In this document: piece by piece, positions 47,375 to 56,223 of the stretch
Layout: each line of letters begins with the position of its first letter
How positions within the stretch are numbered: position 1 is the first letter of the stretch
Virus record (IMG/VR): IMGVR_UViG_3300021400_004107
Direction: 5' to 3' (one strand)
From: an uncultured virus (IMG/VR IMGVR_UViG_3300021400_004107)
Lineage: Duplodnaviria > Heunggongvirae > Uroviricota > Caudoviricetes
Length of the DNA: 64,000 nt
Program-made: the position numbers and the translations under genes
The notes under the pieces: model-generated
What the model was told of the DNA's origin: nothing
The model's input: the letters and a program-made list of their open reading frames with translations, nothing else
Database searches by the model: none

Positions 47375-47674
47375 ATGCTTGTTTTGCCGATCAAGAAACG
47401 CTGGTTCGACATGATCCTGTCCGGAGAGAAGAAAGAGGAGTACCGCGATATCAAGCCGTATTACTGTTCCCGTCTTACATCGGCGGGCTATCTGGATCAG
47501 TACGGGCTTCCGACATTGAAACATGGAAAAGTGCTCTTTAGGAACAGATACTCCAAAACCTCACCATCGTTTACGGCACTGGTCACGGTCGATATTAAAA
47601 CAGGCAACTCTGACTGGGGCGCCGAGCCTGGTAAGGAATACTATGTCCTGTCTATTAAAGAGATCATCCACTAG
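47375..47674 (+). CDS. ASCH domain protein
   Basis: LPIKKRWFDMILSGEKKEEYR. Confidence 0.75.
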   Translation: MLVLPIKKRWFDMILSGEKKEEYRDIKPYYCSRLTSAGYLDQYGLPTLKHGKVLFRNRYSKTSPSFTALVTVDIKTGNSDWGAEPGKEYYVLSIKEIIH

Positions 47675-47742
47675 GGAATCGGGGGGGGTATAGGTGAATT
47701 TGCTGGCAAACTTGTCTTGTTTTTAAGAAGAAAAGGGGGCTT

Positions 47743-48321
47743 TTGATGCATTTGTTGACCATAATTCCCGGTAGTATCCTATATAGGTTTGTGAATGAAA
47801 GACCGGGTAACGTCCAGATTTCGTTTCGTGAAAATAAAGGGGAGGATGGACGCTTTAATAAGAACGAATCACTTGCCTATTTTTCTTTATCCGTTGATGA
47901 TTTGATGGATGAATTAGGTAGGAGTAATAAGATAATGGGAAGTATGTTAACTGCGATTGTTCAAAAGCCCGTTGTTATTGTCTACCCCGATCGTGAGACT
48001 GAATTTAATGCTTATAGAGCCATAAACAATAATCATGTTCGATCTCCGGAGTTTAAGTGCGCATATCGCCGCCTTTCTTTTCCTATTATACCTGACTACG
48101 AGATTACTAATGATTTGGCTCATTACTATTTAAAGGATCTATGTATCGATGGAATAGGGTATTCTTCTGCACAAGGGTTAAATTTAATGGCTAATGGCAG
48201 GCTGTATTATTTAGGCAAAACTAATGAGATATCGCCATTTGTTCAAAATATAGCTTTGAAACGGCAGGGCTACGACAAATTAAAAATACAGTCTCCTGTG
48301 CCCTATTGGCATTTGCCTTAG
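47743..48321 (+). CDS. RES-domain-like protein, AT-rich
   Basis: LYR, GRFN, DYEITNDLA...DGIGYSS, NIAL. Confidence 0.55.
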   Translation: MMHLLTIIPGSILYRFVNERPGNVQISFRENKGEDGRFNKNESLAYFSLSVDDLMDELGRSNKIMGSMLTAIVQKPVVIVYPDRETEFNAYRAINNNHVRSPEFKCAYRRLSFPIIPDYEITNDLAHYYLKDLCIDGIGYSSAQGLNLMANGRLYYLGKTNEISPFVQNIALKRQGYDKLKIQSPVPYWHLP

Positions 48322-48445
48322 TACAGTTATTTCTATTCATAAACTCTTTCATTCCTGACAAGAAGTTGTTATAATATAGATATAGAAATTTCTATAACAA
48401 ACTTAACTCAAGATGGATAAGACTCAATAAGAAAGAAAGGGTCAC

Positions 48446-48796
48446 ATGTTTGCAAATCAGACTATTATCATTTTTGCCGTATTCTGCGCAGTCGTTTTGA
48501 TCTGTCTGGGTATCGGTATTTTTCTAGCTTTCAGGTCTAATGATCATCACATAGCTTATATAGTTATAGTGCCCGCGATACTGGCTGCCTTGTTGGCGAT
48601 CCTGTTGCGCGACGATGTGGAAAAGCGCTATAGCGCCGGCGAGTATGACCTTTCACGCATGGCGGAAGATTATGGAGCTGCGGTTGATTATGGTGACTAT
48701 GACGAACCGAGGCTCGAGCACTATCTTCTGACTGACGAGTGGATATACAGAATCCCGCAGTTCGAAGACCCGGGTGAACAATACAGATTGAACTGA
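48446..48796 (+). CDS. membrane protein (2 TM)
   Basis: Two hydrophobic segments. Confidence 0.65.
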   Translation: MFANQTIIIFAVFCAVVLICLGIGIFLAFRSNDHHIAYIVIVPAILAALLAILLRDDVEKRYSAGEYDLSRMAEDYGAAVDYGDYDEPRLEHYLLTDEWIYRIPQFEDPGEQYRLN

Positions 48797-48820
48797 GGAA
48801 GGATTCTCGAGGTGCCCGTT

Positions 48821-48973
48821 ATGAAAAGCAACATCCACAAGAAGGCAACTTTTGAAGACAAGTTCGACCGCAAGTACGCGTGCTGGGTTAAGAACAATCC
48901 GAAGGCGTGGCGGTTCTGGAAAAAACGGAACAGGAAACTGTTCAGGAAGCAAAGAATAGGAGAGGAGATTTGA
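48821..48973 (+). CDS. 50-aa basic small protein
   Basis: SD GAGGTG; MKSNIHKKATFEDKFDRKY... Confidence 0.5.
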   Translation: MKSNIHKKATFEDKFDRKYACWVKNNPKAWRFWKKRNRKLFRKQRIGEEI

Positions 48974-48975
48974 TT

Positions 48976-49293
48976 ATGATCGTAGTTTTTATTGCATGTG
49001 CTGTTCTCGGGATAGTAATCGCAAGTGTACTGTTAACGCGCACCGAAAGACTTTGGCAAATGGTCATAGTAACGGCTGCTGCGTCATTCTTAATTGCGTT
49101 CGGCGGAGTCGGTGTGATAGACGAGTATAAGAAGTACACAGCTCCCGCACCCTCAACTGTCACTGTTCACTTTATCGAGAGCGACAGATATGTCGAGTAT
49201 GAAAACGCTCAATACTATTCAGACACCGGCAAGATTGTCCTGGAAGACGGCTCCGTAGTACAGCTCGCTAATGCCGAGATTACTTGTGAATAA
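48976..49293 (+). CDS. membrane protein
   Basis: SD GAGGAG; 2 TM. Confidence 0.65.
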   Translation: MIVVFIACAVLGIVIASVLLTRTERLWQMVIVTAAASFLIAFGGVGVIDEYKKYTAPAPSTVTVHFIESDRYVEYENAQYYSDTGKIVLEDGSVVQLANAEITCE

Positions 49294-49319
49294 TAAGAAT
49301 ACTGAAAGAAGGACTAAGC

Positions 49320-49739
49320 ATGGGCGTGACGATAACAGCAACCAAGTCTTCATATTCATTCGACATGGGCTGTGGTGGGTTCTTTGATCTTAGACAGAAT
49401 ATCGCTCACATTCTCAATGAAGAACTGGGCGAGGTCTATGAGACGCTGATACATTGTCACAGCCGTGAAGCTTTTGAAGAGCACGACAGAAGGGCTAGCA
49501 GGGTCATCGCTAAGTACGATCTCGACAGGTATAGCGGTGTCTTAGACTTCCTGTACAGTAGTGATTGCGGTGGAAGCGCTAACTATAAGGTCTGTAAGCA
49601 GATCTACGATCTCATTAAGGATGTGGACTTCGGAGATAAGTGCTTCAGGTACGCTATGCGTGCACACAACGACTACGAAGAGTTCAAGGCATTCTTAATG
49701 GAGTGTTACTCGCACAGAAGATCGATGCGTTGGTATTAA
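49320..49739 (+). CDS. hypothetical protein
   Basis: SD AAGGA; FLYSSDCGG. Confidence 0.7.
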   Translation: MGVTITATKSSYSFDMGCGGFFDLRQNIAHILNEELGEVYETLIHCHSREAFEEHDRRASRVIAKYDLDRYSGVLDFLYSSDCGGSANYKVCKQIYDLIKDVDFGDKCFRYAMRAHNDYEEFKAFLMECYSHRRSMRWY

Positions 49740-49752
49740 GGAGGCCAAGAAA

Positions 49753-50040
49753 ATGTTCCTGATCGTCTTTCTTTCTTTTATGATTGGTCTCGGTATCTTC
49801 CTTGCTGTAAAGGGCTTAAGAGAATGGGACGAAACCAACTTTATGCTCGGTATCGGTATGACCATATTATTTGCCTTATCGATTTTAGGTACGGTACTTG
49901 AATACTCGGTCCCGTTTGTGCAAGTCGGTATCGGTATCGGAATAGGCGCACTGTCTTTTGTTTCTGTGTGTCTTATCATACGCTTCCTGTCCTGGTTGTA
50001 TCTGAATACAGACAAGCTTGACTGGATAAACTACTTATAA
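49753..50040 (+). CDS. membrane protein (3 TM)
   Basis: Hydrophobic; SD GGAGG. Confidence 0.65.
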   Translation: MFLIVFLSFMIGLGIFLAVKGLREWDETNFMLGIGMTILFALSILGTVLEYSVPFVQVGIGIGIGALSFVSVCLIIRFLSWLYLNTDKLDWINYL

Positions 50041-50105
50041 CTAAAGAGGAGAATTTGCGATATCTCGTGTGGGGATGACACAAATCAAACAATCGTAGCA
50101 GTAAA

Positions 50106-50163
50106 AGTCACTTAAGGCGATAAAGAGCGAGGAAAGCAAGAATATCTCAGCTCGTTATAATTA
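50106..50163 (+). promoter_or_regulatory. Element-specific promoter motif copy 5
   Basis: AGTCACTTAAG 50106-50116, 39 nt, TATAAT 50156-50161. Confidence 0.75.
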
Positions 50164-50230
50164 AGATAACACAGCCGTACGGGAAGTTTTTCTTGTACGG
50201 CTTTTGCATTATTAGATCAGGAGGAATCGG

Positions 50231-50620
50231 ATGGATCCGATGAAGATTACTGCAGGGGAGCATAAAGCTTTCTTAAAGGCTTTAACCCCCGACCAGTCGG
50301 AAGAGCTCAAGGAACTGGGTCTCAAGTGGAGTCCATTCCGTGCGCGAGGTTGGACTTACGAGCATCTTGGCGGGAACAATTTCAAATTCACTGCACCGAA
50401 TAGTAAGTATTTCTTCGCGCACATGGATTTCGACAGCGGCAACATTATTTACACGGGGCCGCAGGGTGAGGAGATGTCACCCGGGTCTTGTGTGGGAAGG
50501 AATTTCGAATGCAGAGGCGTCAGAGCCGTTCGGGTTACTGCTAAAACAGTCGCCAGAGCGGTGTTTTATTACGAGAGACTGAAGTATCAATTGTCACTCG
50601 AGGAACAAGATAAGGAGTAA
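50231..50620 (+). CDS. hypothetical protein
   Basis: SD AGGAGG. Confidence 0.7.
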   Translation: MDPMKITAGEHKAFLKALTPDQSEELKELGLKWSPFRARGWTYEHLGGNNFKFTAPNSKYFFAHMDFDSGNIIYTGPQGEEMSPGSCVGRNFECRGVRAVRVTAKTVARAVFYYERLKYQLSLEEQDKE

Positions 50621-50624
50621 GACT

Positions 50625-51695
50625 ATGTCAGGTATGAGCCCGGATCTGTATTTACGCTTCATGCATAAGTTTACAGCAGATGTGTTAGAGGACTTCAACC
50701 CCACAAATACGCCGCTATCCAAACTTCCTGTTATTGACTTCTGGACTTCAAATTGGGATCCCAGAGAGTTTAACGACAGACCCGATTACCATGACTGGGT
50801 GGTCAAGAACGGTTTCGATGCTTTCTTGCCACCGTTTTCTGCTTGCTGGGTCAAGGTTATGGACCATTGCGCTCTCGTAAGGGCCAGCAGAGATTTTCTG
50901 CAGTTCCTTATCTGCGGCAAGATGGTCTTCGATAAGGTAAACGGGGATCGCCTGGCTTTGTTTAATGTCAAAGGAATGGGTTATCCGTTTATATCTTGCG
51001 CTTTGTCTCAGGTTGAGAGAGATACTCTCAACGACTCATGGCGTTATACGATTACTAATGGTATCGCGGACCTGTTTATGAGCTTCGATGATCAGGAGTG
51101 CAAAGATGTACTTCGAAAGTATCAGATACCGGAATCCTGCCTTCCCGGAATAAAAGAAAATATGGAGATCAATCTCTCCGAGAACATGTCTCAGGATTTC
51201 TTGGACGAGTGGTATGCGCTGTCTAATTGTGTTATGGCTGCTCTTGCCGTAACGAACTATCTGTTATCAAGACGCTCCATCGAGAAGGCAGAGAAGAAAT
51301 GCATCGTCATTCCCGATTCGGTCAAGCTTTTCGAAGAAGACCGTCAGGAGCAGAAACGAATTATCAAAAACCTGAAGGAGTATTCTTTCGAGCACGTCAC
51401 GATCTTATCCACTGATCCGCCTAAGCGCGTTACTGAGCGCAACATAGATAAGCTGTATGCCAGAGAGCCATACCAGATCCACACTCCCGCCTGGCTTGTT
51501 TCGGAGCATACCAGAGCACCGGCCCGTGCTCATGAGCGCCATCTTAAGGACGGGCGCGTCATCCAGGTCAGAGAGGGCTCGCATACGGCTACGGTTTCTG
51601 CACATGTAAATCAGCACAAAGGTATAGAAACGCCTAAGCCTGACATTGCCGAGTTCAGAGAGACTCTGCAGGTCTGGGAAGGCCGAGGATATTAA
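50625..51695 (+). CDS. hypothetical protein (phage/plasmid type)
   Basis: WLVSEHTR...HERHLKDGRVIQV; ends GRGY. Confidence 0.75.
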   Translation: MSGMSPDLYLRFMHKFTADVLEDFNPTNTPLSKLPVIDFWTSNWDPREFNDRPDYHDWVVKNGFDAFLPPFSACWVKVMDHCALVRASRDFLQFLICGKMVFDKVNGDRLALFNVKGMGYPFISCALSQVERDTLNDSWRYTITNGIADLFMSFDDQECKDVLRKYQIPESCLPGIKENMEINLSENMSQDFLDEWYALSNCVMAALAVTNYLLSRRSIEKAEKKCIVIPDSVKLFEEDRQEQKRIIKNLKEYSFEHVTILSTDPPKRVTERNIDKLYAREPYQIHTPAWLVSEHTRAPARAHERHLKDGRVIQVREGSHTATVSAHVNQHKGIETPKPDIAEFRETLQVWEGRGY

Positions 51696-51714
51696 CTAAT
51701 ATGAGGAGGTTCAT

Positions 51715-52014
51715 ATGGAAGTTTATGTAACCAGTATTTATGACAACGATTCCGACACATCCGATCTCAAAGTGTTCGAGACGAAGGAACAGGCCCAGGC
51801 TTACGCCTATTCGGAATACGAGAAGATCTATCTTCAGCACCAGAACGACGGCGACTTAGACTGTGACAGTTTTGTTCCGAAGAGTGAATTCTGGCCGGGA
51901 GACTTGGGTGAGCAGGATGTATACGCAGTCATTCAGTGTTATGACATGCACATCACGTTTACCATTGCTACCAGAGAGGTTGAACGCACCCTTGAGATAG
52001 GGAGGTGCAGCTGA
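51715..52014 (+). CDS. hypothetical protein
   Basis: SD GGAGGT; ends GRCS. Confidence 0.7.
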   Translation: MEVYVTSIYDNDSDTSDLKVFETKEQAQAYAYSEYEKIYLQHQNDGDLDCDSFVPKSEFWPGDLGEQDVYAVIQCYDMHITFTIATREVERTLEIGRCS

Positions 52015-52190
52015 TGGGGATACTGAAACTGCATCAGGAAGACGGAAGTGAGATCTTCATTGCTGCGGATGACATACAGGCATTCTACCCGAAGACTAAC
52101 AGCTCTTCGGCCATAGTGTTCAAGAGTCACGGTCAGCTGATCGTTAAGGAGACAGCAGATGAAATAAACTTAATGCTCAAAGGAGGATAA
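52014..52190 (+). CDS. small hypothetical protein (FlbD-like fold possible)
   Basis: TGATG overlap; IVKETADEI. Confidence 0.55.
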   Translation: MGILKLHQEDGSEIFIAADDIQAFYPKTNSSSAIVFKSHGQLIVKETADEINLMLKGG

Positions 52191-52194
52191 TACG

Positions 52195-52545
52195 ATGGGA
52201 AAGTATGGCTCAGGCCTGTCTTCCGGACAGGTTGCAAATCTGGAGAAAGAGGAGATAAGAGAGGCCCTTAACGGGCGTATCAGGGTAGACGAGAACGAGG
52301 ACGGCTTTGTCTATGCTCCTTGTGACGATAAGGAGAGACTCAACAGTATCATTCTTCATGCGTATGATGCGATCTATTTCCAGCTTAATCAGTCGCTGGC
52401 ATCTGCCAGGGCTCTCGAGAAGATGTACCACGATATGGGCGGTACCGTTAACCTTCCGAAGTATCAGGAGGCGCTTCTTGCAACCGCCATGACTGACGAG
52501 TATATCTACGAAGACGATGAAAAAGATGACGACGGAGAAGAATGA
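52195..52545 (+). CDS. hypothetical protein
   Basis: SD GGAGG. Confidence 0.7.
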   Translation: MGKYGSGLSSGQVANLEKEEIREALNGRIRVDENEDGFVYAPCDDKERLNSIILHAYDAIYFQLNQSLASARALEKMYHDMGGTVNLPKYQEALLATAMTDEYIYEDDEKDDDGEE

Positions 52546-52557
52546 GGAGGTATGTAG

Positions 52558-52947
52558 ATGGAATTACACCATTCTGATCCTGAGATCACTGATGACGGCG
52601 ACAAGCTTGAATTCTCTGGCGCATATGCATCGTTCTACATGCTTTCGACGTACATATACTCCGAACCGATGTATGTTTTCCAGAAACTGATCCGGAAATC
52701 GTCTCTGTCCGCCGAGAACTTATACTCTATGACATTGTCAGTCGAGCAACTGGCAGAGGGCGAAGGAAAGTCAGTTCACTTGATAGATGCGCCGAGAAGT
52801 TTCAGCCTGAACGGTCTTGATAAAACAGAGCTCATGGAGGCTTTTATTACACTGGTCAGTAATCTCGGCCAGTATGGATTCAACGCTATAGGCTTTTTAC
52901 CGGGCACCGTTCTGTCCGTTGAGGCGGAAGGAGGTGCCGATGTCTGA
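52558..52947 (+). CDS. hypothetical protein
   Basis: SD GGAGGT. Confidence 0.7.
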   Translation: MELHHSDPEITDDGDKLEFSGAYASFYMLSTYIYSEPMYVFQKLIRKSSLSAENLYSMTLSVEQLAEGEGKSVHLIDAPRSFSLNGLDKTELMEAFITLVSNLGQYGFNAIGFLPGTVLSVEAEGGADV

Positions 52948-53119
52948 TCTGGATGTGACAGTGCGAGAGACTATCGCCAAGTATCACTTGACGGAGGATA
53001 GTGCTCCCAAAGAAGTGCTTCAGGCAGCAATAGCGGAGTTTGGCCTCTCGGAAGGGGGCATGTATGCGGCGGAGATGCGTAACATCTTGTATGCGAACAA
53101 AAGAAAGAAAATGACATAA
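52940..53119 (+). CDS. small hypothetical protein
   Basis: SD GGAGGT before ATG 52940. Confidence 0.6.
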   Translation: MSDLDVTVRETIAKYHLTEDSAPKEVLQAAIAEFGLSEGGMYAAEMRNILYANKRKKMT

Positions 53120-53130
53120 CTGATAAAGCC

Positions 53131-53159
53131 TTGCCGTTTCTGAAAGATAGAGTTATAAT
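53131..53159 (+). promoter_or_regulatory. sigma-A promoter ahead of a non-coding stretch
   Basis: TTGCCG-17-TATAAT. Confidence 0.6.
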
Positions 53160-53433
53160 AAGCCTATCCATAGGGATCGTGTTACAGAAACCTGTGAGGC
53201 CTGTAACCTTTTAAGAATTCTCAAGGGTTATTCTAAGGAAACGTTTTCACTCATATCCAAATACCTCGAAACCAATGCTCAAGGCAACGTTACTTCTCCT
53301 AATCGCTGAATATTGACACCAAGGCAACGCTCATTACTCATTACAGCTTCTATTTAATTTGAAGGATTGCCGCCTTTCGTTTGCTTCATAGCCTACGGGA
53401 GGCGGTATTTCTAATTGTGTTTGTGATAAGGAC

Positions 53434-53461
53434 TTGCATTATTTCGTAAGTTGGCTATAAT
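53434..53461 (+). promoter_or_regulatory. sigma-A promoter of the tRNA/tmRNA cluster
   Basis: TTGCAT-16-TATAAT. Confidence 0.6.
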
Positions 53462-53496
53462 ATACATATAGATATTTCTATATAGAACTTTGACAA

Positions 53497-53571
53497 GCTC
53501 GCATGGCTCAAAGGTAGAGCAGTTGTTTCGTAATCAACAGGTTCCGGGTTCAAGTCCCGGTGTGAGCTCCA
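53497..53571 (+). tRNA. tRNA-Thr(CGT)
   Basis: Acceptor GCTCGCA/TGTGAGC, anticodon loop TTCGTAA, T-arm GGTTCAAGTCC, encoded CCA. Confidence 0.85.
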
Positions 53572-53765
53572 GCAGATCTCTTCGCGGCGGTTGTCATACC
53601 AGGCTTTTGTAAGCTCGCTCCTGACTCGGAAGATGCGTTCGCGAAAAAGGGTAGTTTTCATCTTCCGGGTACTCCTTCAAGTTAAGCGAACTTTCGGCAT
53701 CGGTTTTCGTTTCGGCTTTCTGCTGTTCCGATCGCCACTACCATACAGTCAGAAAGCCGGGATAT

Positions 53766-53840
53766 CGCGGAATGGAGCAGCGGCAGCTCGTCGGGATCAT
53801 AGCCCGAAGGTCGCAGGTTCGAATCCTGCTTCCGTCACCA
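53766..53840 (+). tRNA. tRNA-Met(CAT), initiator type
   Basis: Anticodon stem TCGGG/CCCGA with three G-C pairs, loop ATCATAG, unpaired position 1, CCA. Confidence 0.85.
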
Positions 53841-53883
53841 GTTGGGTTATAATAAAGGAAACAAGTATTAAGGAGAGATAACA

Positions 53884-54054
53884 ATGGAGAAGAAGATCGT
53901 TTGCGCTACACCTGAGCAGGTCAAGAAGTCTGGCGAGGAGATCTGCAAGAGATTTCCTGTATCTATGAATATGCTCGCCGGCAATGAGGAGAAGGCGCGC
54001 GAGCTGCTTAAGGAGAAGGAAAATGAAAGAGACTCTTCTTACCCCGGCAGATAA
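53884..54054 (+). CDS. 56-aa protein inside the RNA cluster, ends PGR
   Basis: SD AAGGAG; MEKKIVCATPEQ...DSSYPGR. Confidence 0.6.
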   Translation: MEKKIVCATPEQVKKSGEEICKRFPVSMNMLAGNEEKARELLKEKENERDSSYPGR

Positions 54055-54234
54055 CAACTAATAACGTATATCAGGGATTATTATGCTTTGGAACTTACAT
54101 AAGTGATAATTCCTTGTTATAACAACATGCCCTCCGAGGTTTTCGGACTGACGGTTAAAGACGAGCGTTTTCGGACGTGAGCAAAGTAGATGATGTGTCA
54201 CCCAACTGCGAGTCGCAAAAGGCAACATTCACAT

Positions 54235-54618
54235 GGGGGCGCCCGGTTTCGACGGGGCTCTTCAAACAAGATAAGCGGGCGGTGCCATTTCCCGGTAAGA
54301 CACCTAAATCCTTTCCGGGAGCGCAGAAGTAACTGCAAACGAACCTGAGCTCGCAGTAGCCTGAATCTGCAGTGCCCTGTGCCATCTGCCGCACAGAAGC
54401 ACTCACATCGCAGACCTCGGGATAGGGTAGGTCAAGATCCCGGTCCGGTTAGCAAGGTTTTTCTCTTTCCTGCCATAAGGTCCTTAACTTAAAGGAGAAC
54501 TGATAAAGCTCGTTTGACGGTGTACTAACCTTTGTCAGTATTTTGATCACCGTATACGCCCGAAGAAAGTCTTGTCCACGAGTTTCGGACAGGGGTTCGA
54601 TTCCCCTCACCTCCACCA
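54235..54618 (+). ncRNA. ssrA: tmRNA, tag (A)ANEPELAVA
   Basis: 5' GGGGGCG...GGTTTCGAC; 3' GACAGGGGTTCGATTCCCCTCACCTCCACCA with G3-U; tag ORF 54335-54364 after TAACT. Confidence 0.9.
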
Positions 54619-54623
54619 AATAT

Positions 54624-54773
54624 GAAGTAGCGGCAGAATGGCGATTGTTAAATGAACGGTAGTAATGAGTTAAGGTGCAGTGGGGTTCGAGTCCCCTAAC
54701 GGATAGGTTCAACTCCTACTCGTGCAGGCGCAATATCTTTAACATAAAGGTTCAAATCCTTTCTACTTCACCA
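54624..54773 (+). ncRNA. 150-nt tRNA-like RNA with three T-loop hairpins
   Basis: GAAGTAG/CTACTTC-A-CCA acceptor stem; T-arm AAAGG-TTCAAAT-CCTTT; internal GGGG-TTCGAGT-CCCC and TAGG-TTCAACT-CCTA. Confidence 0.65.
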
Positions 54774-54998
54774 AAGGTCTGATTTCGAACATGGGCTTTA
54801 GAAGACCTCTTAAACTTATAAGCCAATGTAAAAGTTTGTATGTTCTGTTCAAAACATGCCAGTCGAATCAGGGTGTACACGAAGTGACTGTAAGATGATC
54901 GTGGCACGTGGGAAAGTTAAGTAAGTTAAAGTGAACCCATTTTGTGTGTAAACACAGAACGATATAACTGCTGACAGTCGGGAAAGACCGACTTTTAT

Positions 54999-55075
54999 GT
55001 TTCGTTAGCTCAATCGGTAGAGCACTCGACTTTTAATCGAGGGGTACCAGGGTTCGAATCCCGGACGAAGCACCA
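54999..55075 (+). tRNA. tRNA-Lys(TTT)
   Basis: CTCGA-CTTTTAA-TCGAG anticodon arm, GGTTCGAATCC, CCA. Confidence 0.85.
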
Positions 55076-55165
55076 TTTGAGATAAGGATTAAGAAAAGCA
55101 TGGCTTTGTACGGGCAGCGGGGCTTAGACCCCGTCGCTCCAGTTTCTCCGTTTGGAGGTTCGATT

Positions 55166-55630
55166 ATGTCCCGTTGTATAGAATTTACTCCTGAGAACCT
55201 TGATAAGCTTAAGCGTATAGAGCGTGAGGCCTATGACGGTACCGGCTATATGCAGATGCAATGGTGTGAAACGTGGGCAGATATTGCCGGATACTGTGAG
55301 TGTTCTCTTGAGCATCTCCACATCGCTTTTATTGACGACGGATATGTCATCGCTGCTTGCCATGAAGACTACATGGAAATCGTCGATCTTGCCTCGTCAG
55401 GCAGGAATATGAACCTGTTTGCAGTATGGGATTTTTTGAAGGAACTTAATAAGCCGATGGTTTTCGATGCCAGGGAGAGTACCTCGTACAGGCTTATAAA
55501 ACTCCTGGAACGCAGAGGCGAGATCTCGATCGTAGAAGACGCCCCACATCAATGGGGAGGAGAGACCTTCCATGACGTAAGATGCACTTTCAATCTGTCC
55601 CGGCATCCGGAGATAGGCCGATACACATAA
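55166..55630 (+). CDS. hypothetical protein, GNAT-like fold possible
   Basis: SD GGAGGT; EIVDLAS...DARESTSY; ends GRYT. Confidence 0.65.
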   Translation: MSRCIEFTPENLDKLKRIEREAYDGTGYMQMQWCETWADIAGYCECSLEHLHIAFIDDGYVIAACHEDYMEIVDLASSGRNMNLFAVWDFLKELNKPMVFDARESTSYRLIKLLERRGEISIVEDAPHQWGGETFHDVRCTFNLSRHPEIGRYT

Positions 55631-55640
55631 AGAAAGGAAT

Positions 55641-56204
55641 ATGCTTGTTATGAACCTTGAGAAATTCAGATCCCTGTCTAAATCTTACCGAAAGCTGGTC
55701 AAGAAGGAGAACCAGATTAAGAAAGTGTGTATCTGGCTTCCTGTCGGCTGGCTTATCTGGTTCCTGATGATCGGAACCATTACGCTTAAGCTGTCGAACG
55801 CGGATCCCGGACATCCGATGACTGCGATCTGGGCTTTGATATTCACGCTTTGTCCTATTGTCTGGGGCATCTTCATGTTTAAGAAGAGCCAGCTGAAGAA
55901 GGACAGGATCGAAGAGTCTGAAGACATGCGAAACACGGTCATTAAGATCCTGAAGCACGAATACGCATCGGTATCCGGTACTAACTTCGACGATACACTG
56001 ACTTCTGTACTGGAGTCTTCGGGCCTGCCTATGCAGGTCCGAGACAGCTGGTGGCTGGGTATCGACACGATACGCTACATCGAGGTGCTACTCTTGGAGT
56101 CGTATACAGGCAAGGAATTTTCACGTTTCCAAAAGGGCATTCTTGCGACGGTTTTGGAAGAAAAGCATCAGCCTACTTCGCGCTTAAAAAGAGACGGAGA
56201 GTGA
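55641..56204 (+). CDS. membrane protein (2 TM)
   Basis: Two hydrophobic helices. Confidence 0.7.
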   Translation: MLVMNLEKFRSLSKSYRKLVKKENQIKKVCIWLPVGWLIWFLMIGTITLKLSNADPGHPMTAIWALIFTLCPIVWGIFMFKKSQLKKDRIEESEDMRNTVIKILKHEYASVSGTNFDDTLTSVLESSGLPMQVRDSWWLGIDTIRYIEVLLLESYTGKEFSRFQKGILATVLEEKHQPTSRLKRDGE

Positions 56205-56219
56205 CACAATATATTGTGT
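56204..56219. promoter_or_regulatory. NrdR-box-like perfect palindrome
   Basis: ACACAATATATTGTGT. Confidence 0.55.
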
Positions 56220-56223
56220 TACC

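Noticed and set aside
53455..54712. ORF-track calls at 53455, 53591, 53797, 54155 and 54449
   Set aside because: They overlap tRNA or tmRNA genes, or are antisense to the 56-aa ORF.
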